Positions 17,042 to 27,874 of a stretch of DNA of 64,000 bases are shown in pieces. Each line of letters opens with the position of its first letter. The stretch's first letter is position 1. Source of the stretch: Rickettsiales bacterium (GTDB lineage: Bacteria > Pseudomonadota > Alphaproteobacteria > Rickettsiales > JAIXRX01); the NCBI GenBank assembly GCA_965247145.1, contig CBDFGH010000003.1, positions 33,085 through 97,084 on the forward strand, in the 5' to 3' direction. The position numbers and the translations under genes were made by a program. The notes under the pieces were generated by a model. The model had not been told where the DNA came from. It made no database searches and saw only the letters and a list, made by a program, of their open reading frames with translations.

Positions 17042-18844
17042 TCACGAAGATTGCGGCTCAAATTCCGAAGGTGGCACCTTTTCGAGAGTAGAATCTTCGC
17101 ATTCTTCGGCATCTTCGACAGCTTTGATGATGTTGCCGTAAGCGTCGCGTTTTGGAAGTGACCACTGCCAGCTTCCTTTCATGCCCAGCTTCTTCTTTTG
17201 AACCTCTAGGGCTTCAGCAGCCCGAAACACCTTTCCCTTACTGAATCCAGCACCCACTGCCTCAGTGTAAACATCATTTGAAAGCATTGGCTCGGCGAGC
17301 AAGTCTTTTAGCCAATCCTGTGCTCTGTTAGTGGGAGCGGGCTTTCCTTCAGGCGGTGGGTTGAAAATCGCGTGAGCATTGACCATGCCGTGTTGCCAAA
17401 TGATGCGCGAAGTATTTATTCCATCACCTATCTCGAATCCCTCAATCCTGTAGCTGAACCCGTCACTATCATTGCCCACGTTGTTTTTGATGGGCAGGAA
17501 ATAGCGAAGCTCGGGTTCGTTAGGGTCTTTGCTCACCAGATAACAAGCTCGCGCCGCCGCTGGCATTCCTGTGCTACCGATAACGCGGGCTAGGATATTT
17601 TGCCCCGTGGATTTATTGAGGTGGGTTATCAGAAGAATTGCAGCACCATGACTGGCCGCCATGGCAGATAATGGCGCGAGCACCCCGCGAATCTCCGCAT
17701 TATTATGGCTGTCGGTTTCTCCCAGATAGGCGGTGATGGGGTCGATAATCACCAGCCGCACATGGCCAATCTGCCCAAGTGCCATGCCTAGCCGTTGCAC
17801 ATCCTGCGATAAATAAAAGGGGCGTTCACTATCGCGTCCATCTTTTGTTTTGGTGCGTATGGCCTCGATGATATGGCATTTGCTTACATCTGCCTCCGCC
17901 GCAATCAGGCGCGGCTTAATGGTATCGGCGGCATCATCCTCGGCAGAGAGAAACACCACTTGTCCTTGGGGGCAATTGGGCAACCCATCTTCTGGCCACA
18001 TCAAGCCCCGCGACACGGTGGCGGCAAGATTGGCCGTAAGCTGGCTTTTGTCAAGCCCGGCATCCCCTGCAATTACTGTCAGCTTGCCGCACGCTATGCG
18101 CTTTTCCCATAGCCAGTTGATGGGTTTCATTTCGACATCACTCATACAGACGATCCGCATTTCGTTATCGGGCGGGGCGGGGTGTTGTTTGGGCAAGGCC
18201 AGTGCATCGGCAATCGTGGCGGTGGGGTTGGCTGCAAGCCATTCGACACAATCTTCACCATCGCCCAGCCCAAGCTCGCAAACGGCTATGCAATCGACGA
18301 CACAGCCAAGGACTCCTAGGGCAGTGGTGACGGTGGCGGCATACTTCAAGCCGCTTGCGTCATTGTCCGCCCATATCGTGACGCTGCGCCCCTTTAGCGG
18401 CAGCCAATCGGCTCTATCTGCAGTAGTGGCACTGCCGCTGGTAAGAGCAATATGCTCAGATTGCACCCCCCATTGCTCAAATGCTGCATTGAATGCATCA
18501 GCGCATTTTTCTCCTTCTACAATCCACACGTAGGCACGCGCACTTTGTGTCAAAAGATGCAGGCCATAGAGGGGCTTCAATCCCAGCTTGATATCGTAAG
18601 GTTCTCCCACTTCAAGCACAGCACCAGCCGCGCGATGAATCGGCCTGATTTGTTTGCCCTTGCAAGGGTGCTCCAGCCGTAACCGCCAGTAGAGTGGATC
18701 GTTTTGCAGCGAGGTGTACGTATATATGGCGGCGAGCTCATACCCTCCCCCCATTAGTTTCGCAATTGGAGGCATATGGCCGACTTCTTCAAAATTTACC
18801 ATGATGCTTCCCCAGCTCTTTGAGGGCTTCCATAAATCCAGCAC
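17042..18844 (-). CDS. Toprim domain + RecA-like (AAA_25/RepA-type) replicative helicase-like protein
   Basis: Toprim acidic motifs are present (WIVEGEKCADA, TIWADNDASG). The P-loop NTPase core has AGDAGLDKS (Walker A with D in place of the usual G), VVFLSAEDD and LVIIDPITAYLG (Walker B-like). The true start is probably internal (Met at 18802 or 18775). Confidence 0.7.
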   Translation of the reverse strand: MLDLWKPSKSWGSIMVNFEEVGHMPPIAKLMGGGYELAAIYTYTSLQNDPLYWRLRLEHPCKGKQIRPIHRAAGAVLEVGEPYDIKLGLKPLYGLHLLTQSARAYVWIVEGEKCADAFNAAFEQWGVQSEHIALTSGSATTADRADWLPLKGRSVTIWADNDASGLKYAATVTTALGVLGCVVDCIAVCELGLGDGEDCVEWLAANPTATIADALALPKQHPAPPDNEMRIVCMSDVEMKPINWLWEKRIACGKLTVIAGDAGLDKSQLTANLAATVSRGLMWPEDGLPNCPQGQVVFLSAEDDAADTIKPRLIAAEADVSKCHIIEAIRTKTKDGRDSERPFYLSQDVQRLGMALGQIGHVRLVIIDPITAYLGETDSHNNAEIRGVLAPLSAMAASHGAAILLITHLNKSTGQNILARVIGSTGMPAAARACYLVSKDPNEPELRYFLPIKNNVGNDSDGFSYRIEGFEIGDGINTSRIIWQHGMVNAHAIFNPPPEGKPAPTNRAQDWLKDLLAEPMLSNDVYTEAVGAGFSKGKVFRAAEALEVQKKKLGMKGSWQWSLPKRDAYGNIIKAVEDAEECEDSTLEKVPPSEFEPQSS

Positions 18845-19166
18845 CCGTGACGGTGCGATAGAAGGCGATCACGTCACCACCCTTGGCACCGCAGGTGAAG
18901 CATTTGTAATGCCCATCCTTGAGATCCATCATCAAGCTTGGGTTACGTTCCTTGCCGCCTTTATGGAAGGGGCAATAGACAGCCAAGCGCGCGCCTGCTG
19001 GCCGGTAACGAATGCTTAAGGTGTCGAGCACCACGGGCGGTGACCTTAGCCCCGATTTATCAAGATTCGATTGTGGTTTGGATGGGGTTTTGTTAATGAA
19101 AACTTGTCTAGTTGGGAAAGCCGTTAGTGTTGCAGCCGTGGCTTTTTCATTTGTGGGGATGTCCAT
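18789..19166 (-). CDS. CHC2 zinc-finger protein (primase N-terminal domain)
   Basis: CPFHKGGKERNPSLMMDLKDGHYKCFTCGAKGGDVIAFY is a DnaG-type CHC2 zinc finger. Confidence 0.75.
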   Translation of the reverse strand: MDIPTNEKATAATLTAFPTRQVFINKTPSKPQSNLDKSGLRSPPVVLDTLSIRYRPAGARLAVYCPFHKGGKERNPSLMMDLKDGHYKCFTCGAKGGDVIAFYRTVTGAGFMEALKELGKHHGKF

Positions 19167-19363
19167 TATGCACCCCGCTGATTTTGGGTTTCAACCCATG
19201 TAAAATACGCCAATTCATCAATTAAGATGCGTTTGCCGATCCGCTTGACGCAAGTTGCAAAACCATTTTTATCCGCATTGAATACGAGATAGCGCAGCCC
19301 TGCGATATTGGGGTAGAGATGATGCTCAGGCCATTGCGTGAGCGGGATTAGTTTCGCAGTCAT
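19166..19363 (-). CDS. small DNA-binding protein, excisionase/AlpA-like
   Basis: 65 aa from the internal ATG. LRYLVFNADKNGFATCVKRIGKRILIDELAYFTWVE resembles excisionase-family HTH proteins. It lies between int and the primase genes. Confidence 0.5.
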   Translation of the reverse strand: MTAKLIPLTQWPEHHLYPNIAGLRYLVFNADKNGFATCVKRIGKRILIDELAYFTWVETQNQRGA

Positions 19364-19459
19364 AAATACTCCTCCTAGTTTAATTTCCAGCACTTGCTGG
19401 TAAGAGGTAGTATTGCTTAATCTTAAATCTCCGCATCTCGCGAAGCTATCAAGGTAATC

Positions 19460-20188
19460 CTACAAACCCTTCGCAGGTTTGGTCGTCTTCTTATTTCCTC
19501 CCTTTTGGGATTCTGGAGTACGTACAAAGGTTGCCATCATTTTTGCTTTATTATTAGGAGCTGTCTCCCCCATATTTCTCAGCCGATCTTCAAACCAGGG
19601 AATTAAAATCTTTGTGCTGATTTGGTTTTCGTTGGTGAGACTGAAATGCTGAATGGCTTCCATCATAAGATTGAGAAATTTGGGCTGATAGATGGGGGGC
19701 GACGTTATTTGCTTATCCTGCATTTTAATGTGTGATGGCGCGGGATAAAGCTCCATCAACTTATCGGTCGGTATACTAATTTTGCAGTAGCCGCCCACAT
19801 ACAAAACCTGACGTTCATCGTCGTAAAGTTGGACCGCTTCTTGCGGCAACCCACTTTCAATCCAGAACACATCATCGTATATCCAGTCGGTAGATTGTAT
19901 TTTGGCGATTTCGTGCGGGAACTTAGGGCGAAAATCAAATTCATCCCAGGTTGCCCGCTCAATTCCAACCAACCCCTCGGCTTGTAGTCGCCCTGACATT
20001 AAATCGTAGATTAACGCTTGTTGCGCATCTGTTTGTGACATTCGCGTTTCTATGAACGATTTTGTGAATACTTTGAATTTGTCGGGCACGGGCGGCACAT
20101 AATCCGATATCCACCAACTTGCTTCCAGCAATGTCGCTCGATCCTTAAGTGGAAGATCTTTCCCATCGTAATGATAAACTTTATTCAT
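19460..20188 (-). CDS. hypothetical protein (242 aa)
   Basis: The ORF runs from MNKVYHYDGK. Its start overlaps the integrase stop by 8 nt. No recognisable family. Confidence 0.5.
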   Translation of the reverse strand: MNKVYHYDGKDLPLKDRATLLEASWWISDYVPPVPDKFKVFTKSFIETRMSQTDAQQALIYDLMSGRLQAEGLVGIERATWDEFDFRPKFPHEIAKIQSTDWIYDDVFWIESGLPQEAVQLYDDERQVLYVGGYCKISIPTDKLMELYPAPSHIKMQDKQITSPPIYQPKFLNLMMEAIQHFSLTNENQISTKILIPWFEDRLRNMGETAPNNKAKMMATFVRTPESQKGGNKKTTKPAKGL

Positions 20189-21275
20189 TTCCAAAAATCC
20201 TTTCATTCATGCTGGCTACAACCTTGCTGGTATGCGCCTCACTCAAATGCGCGTAGCGCTTCACCATCTGCAGAGTTTTGTGGCCGAGCACCTCGGCAAT
20301 TTCAGCGAGGCTTGCACCATTCATAGCCAGGTAACTTGCGGCGCTGTGGCGCAGGTCATGGAACCGGAAATCTTCTAGCTCGGCATTTTTCACGGCATTC
20401 TCCCACGCCGTGCGGATGTCAATAGGCTGTTTTTTCTTAGCACTTTGGAACACATACTCACAGTCAAAGCGCCTGACCGTCGCATGTGCAGCGAGCAGTT
20501 GGTAAGCATATCCCTGAATTGGTAACGCCCTGCGCTCGCCATTTTTGGTTTCGTGTAGCGTAACCATTCTGCGCTCAAGGCTCACATCCTGCCACTTTAG
20601 CGTAAGCAATTCGCCTTTGCGCGCCCCCGTACTCAGCGCCAATACGACGATCATGTGGAGAAATGGATTATCGCTCTCTTTGCAGGTTTTGAGCAGTGCA
20701 TTGCGCTCATCATCCGACAAAAAACGGACCCGGCCTCGGGGCTCTTTCAGTTTTTGTATACGGTGGACGGGATTGGTCTCCAGCAATTCCCATTGCTTTA
20801 CAGCTATCGTAAAAACGTGGCCTAACGCTGTTAGGTAGCGATTCGCGGAAGTGGGACTGAGCTTCTTGCCATACCGATTGACCGAGCCGATCAGCCTGTT
20901 TCGATAACCGGAAATGAGGGAAGGCGTAACATCGGCAATTACATACTCGCCGAGCTCTTGCCTCCAGTATTTGAGATAGAGGCGTTGGTTGTAGGTATCG
21001 CGACCGCTTAAATCCAAAATCTCTTTGACGTAGCGATCGATTAATTGCGAGAGCGTATATTTTTTCGACTTGGCGGATTTGAAATGCCGCCCCTCGCGAA
21101 TTGCTGCTTCCGTATTCTGCACCCAATGCTTTGCATCTGTAAGTCGCTGAAAGGTAGCTGATTCTACGGGATGCCCCTTGAGCCGCACCTTGACGCGGTA
21201 GCTCACCAATCCATCATTGCCTAGCCGTTTTTCTATTGTTGCCACTAACCCCTCATCTGCAAATGCTGGGGGCAA
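20181..21275 (-). CDS. int: tyrosine recombinase / phage-type integrase
   Basis: 364 aa. Catalytic signatures are LSTGARKGELL (R), HDLRHSAASYL (HxxR) and LGHKTLQMVKRYAHL (Y). It lies next to the tRNA-fMet attachment site. Confidence 0.9.
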   Translation of the reverse strand: MPPAFADEGLVATIEKRLGNDGLVSYRVKVRLKGHPVESATFQRLTDAKHWVQNTEAAIREGRHFKSAKSKKYTLSQLIDRYVKEILDLSGRDTYNQRLYLKYWRQELGEYVIADVTPSLISGYRNRLIGSVNRYGKKLSPTSANRYLTALGHVFTIAVKQWELLETNPVHRIQKLKEPRGRVRFLSDDERNALLKTCKESDNPFLHMIVVLALSTGARKGELLTLKWQDVSLERRMVTLHETKNGERRALPIQGYAYQLLAAHATVRRFDCEYVFQSAKKKQPIDIRTAWENAVKNAELEDFRFHDLRHSAASYLAMNGASLAEIAEVLGHKTLQMVKRYAHLSEAHTSKVVASMNERIFGNE

Positions 21276-21490
21276 ACGTAATCAATCAGCAGCAAAGAGC
21301 AACAAATAATAGCACCTAAGAACACCAAACTAACGGTGTAATGATTTAATAACCAGGACCTTCAATGCTGTATAAGACGTTATTGGCGGCTATGGGACAC
21401 TCATGGGGCAGCTTGCTCACAAAATACCCGGAAAAGTGCCGGTTGAGCAGTTTTTCAATTTTGCTATCTGATAGGAATTTTTGCCACTTA

Positions 21491-21508
21491 GTGTCCCGCC
21501 ACTGTCCC
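21491..21508. promoter_or_regulatory. candidate integrase arm-type sites (GTGTCCC-GCCAC-TGTCCC)
   Basis: The heptamer family is the same as at 8207-8224, with an inverted copy GGGACAC at 21394-21400. The sites lie between int and attR. Confidence 0.35.
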
Positions 21509-21577
21509 ATGGAGGAAATGGCTTTAAGGGCCGAAGCCTGGATCAATCAATAAACTATTGATTTACGAGATTTTCGG

Positions 21578-21654
<77 letters not shown>

Positions 21655-21795
21655 ATACCAGAAATGCGGACAAGACCGCGCCAACCATCGGTTGGGGATG
21701 CTGGATGTAGTGCATCCGCTTTGGGCTGGCAAGGGCAAACATTTCTCTGCGCCGGAATCTGGGGGGATCTGTTTTGTGGAAAGGCCATCCCGTAA

Positions 21796-21834
21796 CATGG
21801 TGCGATGGCATGGTGCGATGACATGGTGCCGCCA
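21796..21834. repeat. three tandem 13-nt units CATGGTGCGATGR
   Basis: The units are CATGGTGCGATGG, CATGGTGCGATGA and CATGGTGCCGCCA. They lie in a ~480-bp stretch with no credible CDS. Confidence 0.7.
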
Positions 21835-22091
21835 AGGCCGGAAGCGTCGCAGAATCGGAAAAGCAGCATCTCGGCCCTGGGTAGCCGGGTTATTTTCGCC
21901 ATTTGGTGCCGCGCATTCCGGCGCGGGCTTATGGAAGATTGCGCAAGCAACATATCGCAACGCCACTCGCTGTCAGCCCCCCCGCGCCCATTACCCCAGG
22001 TGGAAAAAGTGCCGATACGATTTATCCCCCGCTGGCACGGCCCATTGTTGTCCAAACACAGAAACAAGCGGCCGGATGCAACCGGCTTCCG

Positions 22092-22123
22092 AACGCCAGC
22101 CATGCCGCGGGTTGGCGTTTTTT
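22092..22123 (+). terminator. rho-independent terminator, plus-strand orientation
   Basis: A 10-bp stem (AACGCCAGCC / GGTTGGCGTT) with an 8-nt loop is followed by a run of six T. No plus-strand CDS lies upstream of it. Confidence 0.55.
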
Positions 22124-22136
22124 GATCTGAGATCGG

Positions 22137-22967
22137 CTACAGTACCATGCCGCCTTCCATCAAACGCATCTGCTCAAGGCCTTGGCGGAGCATGATACCC
22201 GCGACCATGGGACCGGCACGTCGATCCACGATACGGCGGACCAGATACATCAGTTGATCCTGAGCATCGATACGGTGGCTTTTGAAAGTAAAAAAGGCGG
22301 CGGGGCCATCGGTGCCAGTGATCTCCAGCGCATAACTGCGGGGCAATCCAGCCTTTTTCGAAGGCAGCAATCGGATGTTAATCGCGCAAGGGTCCTCTTC
22401 AACGGCCAGGTCGGCTGCAAGGTGATTGCCGCCTTCCTTATGCCCCAAGGCATCAGCTAAAGAAGGATAACCTAGCCCTGAGGCAATCTTCAGGGCGATG
22501 TCAACGCGCATTTGCTTGCTGTAATGCTTGGATGTCACCAATTTGCTGATGGTCGGTTCCGGCAGGGAAGACCGTTGGCTGAACTCTTTCATTTTCATCG
22601 GATGTTCCCGATTCTGGATGACGGCGCGCAATAGCTCTTTCATATGGCGCGTTTCATCTTCCGAAAGCAGTCCTTCGGATTGACGGCCGCGTTGTGGCAA
22701 AGGCAGGGTTTGTGGGGATTGATCCTGAACCGACATGCTCAGCAAGACATGATAGGACTTCAATCCCATAACCCGCGCGATGCGATTGGCCGTTCGGGCG
22801 TCGAGATGGCCTTCGTTTTTGATGATGCGGTCGATAACGGCAGCATGTATTTTGGTCTGCTCAGCGAGGGCTACCGGAGATTTCTGCTCTCGTTCCATGT
22901 ATTCTCCCAGATATTGGGCGAAAATTGTGCGCTGTGTTTCGCTAAGGCTTTGAAGCTTCGATGACAT
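22137..22967 (-). CDS. hypothetical protein with two XRE-like HTH segments
   Basis: 276 aa from MSSKLQSL. The HTH-like stretches are SPVALAEQTKIHAAVIDRIIKNE and MKEFSQRSSLPEPTISKLVTSK. The gene is AT-richer than its neighbours. Confidence 0.55.
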   Translation of the reverse strand: MSSKLQSLSETQRTIFAQYLGEYMEREQKSPVALAEQTKIHAAVIDRIIKNEGHLDARTANRIARVMGLKSYHVLLSMSVQDQSPQTLPLPQRGRQSEGLLSEDETRHMKELLRAVIQNREHPMKMKEFSQRSSLPEPTISKLVTSKHYSKQMRVDIALKIASGLGYPSLADALGHKEGGNHLAADLAVEEDPCAINIRLLPSKKAGLPRSYALEITGTDGPAAFFTFKSHRIDAQDQLMYLVRRIVDRRAGPMVAGIMLRQGLEQMRLMEGGMVL

Positions 22968-23070
22968 AAGGAACCCCTGCAATGTGGTTGGTAAGGAAAA
23001 GTTAACCCAATGCGCTTAGCTTGTGGCTGTGTTGTCGGCTTGTCGACAGCGGCTGACAACAGAGTTCCGC

Positions 23071-23910
23071 ATGCTCGATACAATCCTTTCCGGCCTTGGT
23101 CTCACGCCGTCCGAAACCATGCTCTATCTCGAAATGCTCGAGACCGGGCCGATGACGGCGGGGGAACTGGCGAAGAAACTGGGACTGACGCGGCCCACGC
23201 TGTACGGCACGCTGCAACGGCTGACCGACAAAGGCGTGATTCAACGCTCGTTGCGCCAAGGGGTGCGTCGCTTTGCCGCCGCTCAGCCGGAAAAGCTCGC
23301 ACAATTGTTCACGCAGCAGATCGAGGCCTTGCAGGCGCAGCAGGCGGCGTATGAAACATGGTTGCCGATGCTGAAAGCCAAGGGCGGCATGTCCGCGCTC
23401 AGCCCGCGTTTTCAACTTTATGAAGGCGTGGAAGGCGTGCAGCATGTGCTGAACGACATGCTGCTGCACAGCGATTGCGAGACACTGGCCCTGTGGCCGA
23501 TCAAGAGCATGATGGAGATTCTGAGCCCGGAATTCTTCCGCTACCACAACAAGGAGCGCATCCGCCGCAATCTCTACACCCGTGCTATCTGGCCCCAGGC
23601 GGAAGCGGTCGATGTGGCGCAGAATCCTTTCCTCGGGGTGGGCGAAGCCTTCCGGCGCGAAATCCGTATCGCACCGGCGGAGATGCAGTTTTCGATGGGT
23701 TACTGGATGTATGGCAACAAACTGGCCTATCTCTCTTCGAAGGCCGAATGTTTCGGCTTCATCATCGAAAGCCGCGAGATGGTGGCGATGAACAAGGCGC
23801 AGTTCGAAGTGATTTGGAAGATATCGGAGACACTTCAAGTCAATCCTCAGCTCACGCAAGGCTTTCTGGACGAGATGCACGCGGGGAAACGTCTGGCGCG
23901 CGACGAATGA
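23071..23910 (+). CDS. TrmB family transcriptional regulator
   Basis: LGLTPSETMLYLEMLETGPMTAGELAKKLGLTRPTLYGTLQRLTDKGVI is a TrmB-type winged HTH. The start is taken at MLDTILSG. Confidence 0.75.
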   Translation: MLDTILSGLGLTPSETMLYLEMLETGPMTAGELAKKLGLTRPTLYGTLQRLTDKGVIQRSLRQGVRRFAAAQPEKLAQLFTQQIEALQAQQAAYETWLPMLKAKGGMSALSPRFQLYEGVEGVQHVLNDMLLHSDCETLALWPIKSMMEILSPEFFRYHNKERIRRNLYTRAIWPQAEAVDVAQNPFLGVGEAFRREIRIAPAEMQFSMGYWMYGNKLAYLSSKAECFGFIIESREMVAMNKAQFEVIWKISETLQVNPQLTQGFLDEMHAGKRLARDE

Positions 23911-23977
23911 TCGTTGCCGGCGTGATGCTGTGTGTATCGGCAGAGGCGCTTGACCCGCAGCAGGCTTCGATGGTCTG

Positions 23978-25012
23978 ATGCGACGCATGGCCCTGTCCCC
24001 CCTCCTCCATCGCCGCCTCGCCACTTTCCGCGCCAATCGGCGTGCTTATTGGGCGTTTTGGTTGTTTGCGGTGATGTTCGTGGGAACATTGGGGGCCGAG
24101 CTGATCGCCAACGAACGGCCATTGCTGCTGCGCTATGACGGGGAGTGGATGCTGCCCTGGTTGCACCATCAGCTGGAGACGCGCTTCGGTGGGGATTTCG
24201 AGACGGAAGCCGATTACCGCGACCCGGTGGTGCAGGGGCTGATCCGTGCCAAGCGGGGCTGGTGGATTTCCGCGCCCATCCCCTATTCGGCCAACACCAT
24301 CGACATCACGGATGCGCGGGCGAATCCCGCCCCGCCGGATGGGCGCAACTGGCTGGGCACGGACGACCAGGGGCGCGATGTGGTGGCCCGCATGCTGTAC
24401 GGCTTCCGGATTTCGGTGCTGTTCGGGCTGGCGCTGACGCTGGGGAGCGCGTTTTTCGGCATTCTCATCGGCGCGGTGCAGGGATTTTTCGGGGGCTGGA
24501 CGGATCTGCTGCTGCAACGGCTGATCGAGATATGGGGCGGGCTGCCGGTGCTCTATCTGCTGATGATCCTGGGCTCGATGATCGAGCCGAATATTTTCTG
24601 GCTGCTCGGCATCATGCTGCTGTTTTCGTGGATGCATCTGGTGGATGTGGTGCGGGCGGAGTTTCTGCGGGCGCGGAATTTCGATTATGTGCGCGCGGCG
24701 CGGGCCTTGGGGGTAAGCGAGCCGGTGATTCTGGTGCGGCATGTGCTGCCGAATGCGATGGTTTCGGCGCTGACTTTCCTGCCCTTCGTGCTGACCGGGG
24801 CGATCACCACGCTCACCTCACTCGATTTCCTGGGCTTCGGGCTGCCGCCGGGTTCGGCCTCGCTCGGCGAATTGCTGAGCCAGGCCAAGGCCAATCCGCA
24901 AGCGCCCTGGCTGGGGCTGACCGCGTTTTTCGTACTGGCCGCGCTGCTCTCGCTGCTGGTCTTCATCGGCGAAGGCGTGCGCGACGCGTTCGATCCGCGC
25001 AAGGCGGTCTGA
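23978..25012 (+). CDS. yejE: peptide/microcin C-type ABC transporter permease YejE
   Basis: 344 aa. The N-terminus (FRANRRAYWAFWLF..LIANERPLL) and the binding-protein-dependent transport motif region (ARALGVSEPVILVRHVLPNAM) are typical of YejE. Confidence 0.8.
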   Translation: MRRMALSPLLHRRLATFRANRRAYWAFWLFAVMFVGTLGAELIANERPLLLRYDGEWMLPWLHHQLETRFGGDFETEADYRDPVVQGLIRAKRGWWISAPIPYSANTIDITDARANPAPPDGRNWLGTDDQGRDVVARMLYGFRISVLFGLALTLGSAFFGILIGAVQGFFGGWTDLLLQRLIEIWGGLPVLYLLMILGSMIEPNIFWLLGIMLLFSWMHLVDVVRAEFLRARNFDYVRAARALGVSEPVILVRHVLPNAMVSALTFLPFVLTGAITTLTSLDFLGFGLPPGSASLGELLSQAKANPQAPWLGLTAFFVLAALLSLLVFIGEGVRDAFDPRKAV

Positions 25013-26056
25013 TCAATCGCGGCTGAAAGGGCGGCTCCATTCTGTATTCAGTGATTCGGTAGTACGCGTGCGCCAGTCTTGGTATTTGTCGCTTACGGCT
25101 TGCGCCAATCCTCGGCCAATCGCATTTTTCTCCTCACGCAGTTCCGCCGTGGTTGGTTTACTCGGATCGTCAAAGAAACGCGTTGCCTTCGTCGGGTCGA
25201 TGCAAGCATCAATACGTGCCTGCATATGGTCGAATTCATGTGGATACATGGCTTCATGCACTTTGGCGCTTAGCCGCGCGCCACATTGCTCTATCAGCTG
25301 CGGCACGTCTTCGTAGCGGATATGGAGCATTTCAGGCGCGGCATTCCGCCGCTGAAGACTTGCGGATGTTGCATCTTCCTGCCGCCCCAGTCGAATTGCG
25401 ATGTCTTGTATTTGGTCACTGTAAAAGCACTCGCCGTCTGATCGTGCGTTATAGGATTCAAGGATCACCCTACGGCGGACATCATCAGTGCTGCGGCCTC
25501 TGTCTGTGGCTAAAACATCCGGGCTTACGAAACATCCCGGTCTACTTAGCGGTAACTGATCGAGTTGATGTATCTTAAGGGCCAATTCCTCTTTGTTTTG
25601 ATTGAGAAACGCGGATCGTTTTCCGGGCAGCCGCTCCAAGAAATCGCGCGTCGCATCCGACTCAGCCTTTAGCCGCTCCGTTTTGGCGTAAGGCTCATGT
25701 CCCAATTTCACGCGCAGCGCGTCGGGCGAAACAAGTGCCATTTTCGTTTTCTCGGCGCGCTCTTGCGGCGTCCAACTATCGATTCTTTGCTGCAGCAAGG
25801 CTTCAGCCAGCGCCGGATCGCTCACCATAGGAGAGAGGCCGTTTTCGTCTATTCCCGATTCGGCTGTATAATTCGTCAGCAATCTTTCCAGATCCTCCTG
25901 CCGCCGGGCATTCGGGCGCGATGCAAGTTCTTCCTCGGCAAGCCATCGCGCAGCACTCAGCGGAATCTCGATCTGCCGCGCGAGGATTGCCAGAGGCACG
26001 TAGTGCGAGGGCATCTCGGCGGGATCGGTGGATAGGGTGAGATTTTCGTTGCTCAT
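25013..26056 (-). CDS. hypothetical protein (347 aa), orphan
   Basis: The ORF runs from MSNENLTLS. It is AT-richer than the flanking yej genes and on the opposite strand. Its stop abuts the yejE stop (TGATCA). No recognisable family. Confidence 0.5.
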   Translation of the reverse strand: MSNENLTLSTDPAEMPSHYVPLAILARQIEIPLSAARWLAEEELASRPNARRQEDLERLLTNYTAESGIDENGLSPMVSDPALAEALLQQRIDSWTPQERAEKTKMALVSPDALRVKLGHEPYAKTERLKAESDATRDFLERLPGKRSAFLNQNKEELALKIHQLDQLPLSRPGCFVSPDVLATDRGRSTDDVRRRVILESYNARSDGECFYSDQIQDIAIRLGRQEDATSASLQRRNAAPEMLHIRYEDVPQLIEQCGARLSAKVHEAMYPHEFDHMQARIDACIDPTKATRFFDDPSKPTTAELREEKNAIGRGLAQAVSDKYQDWRTRTTESLNTEWSRPFSRD

Positions 26057-26121
26057 GGGGGGCGGGCTCGCTCTAGTAGGGATCACAGCCCTTCAGCCTA
26101 CGTTTTTTGCGTGACGGTTTC

Positions 26122-27873
<1,752 letters not shown>

Positions 27874-27874
27874 A

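Noticed and set aside
18789-18844. Calling the CHC2 and Toprim-helicase ORFs a single frameshifted pseudogene
   Set aside because: Internal Met codons at 18802 and 18775 allow an ordinary two-gene arrangement. Without an alignment the question is open, so both are kept as CDS.
21346-21553. Small ORFs on both strands between int and tRNA-fMet
   Set aside because: The region carries the GTGTCCC arm-type motifs and is more likely attP-arm/promoter DNA. Neither ORF has motifs.
21700-22120. Possible known structured RNA (RNase P RNA, tmRNA, SRP/4.5S RNA, cobalamin riboswitch)
   Set aside because: I looked for GAGGAAAGTCCGGGC and ACAGAACCCGGCTTA (RNase P), a tRNA-Ala-like 3' end (tmRNA), a GGAA-tetraloop helix 8 (a GCCGGAAGCG string is present but does not pair correctly) and a B12 box. 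None fits. It is reported only as an unexplained region.
23002-24742. Long minus-strand ORFs (23002..24036, 23852..24742) opposite the TrmB-like and yejE genes
   Set aside because: Their products are Arg/Pro/Gly/His-rich and low-complexity with no motifs. The opposite strand encodes clearly recognisable families. These are typical shadow ORFs of GC-rich DNA.
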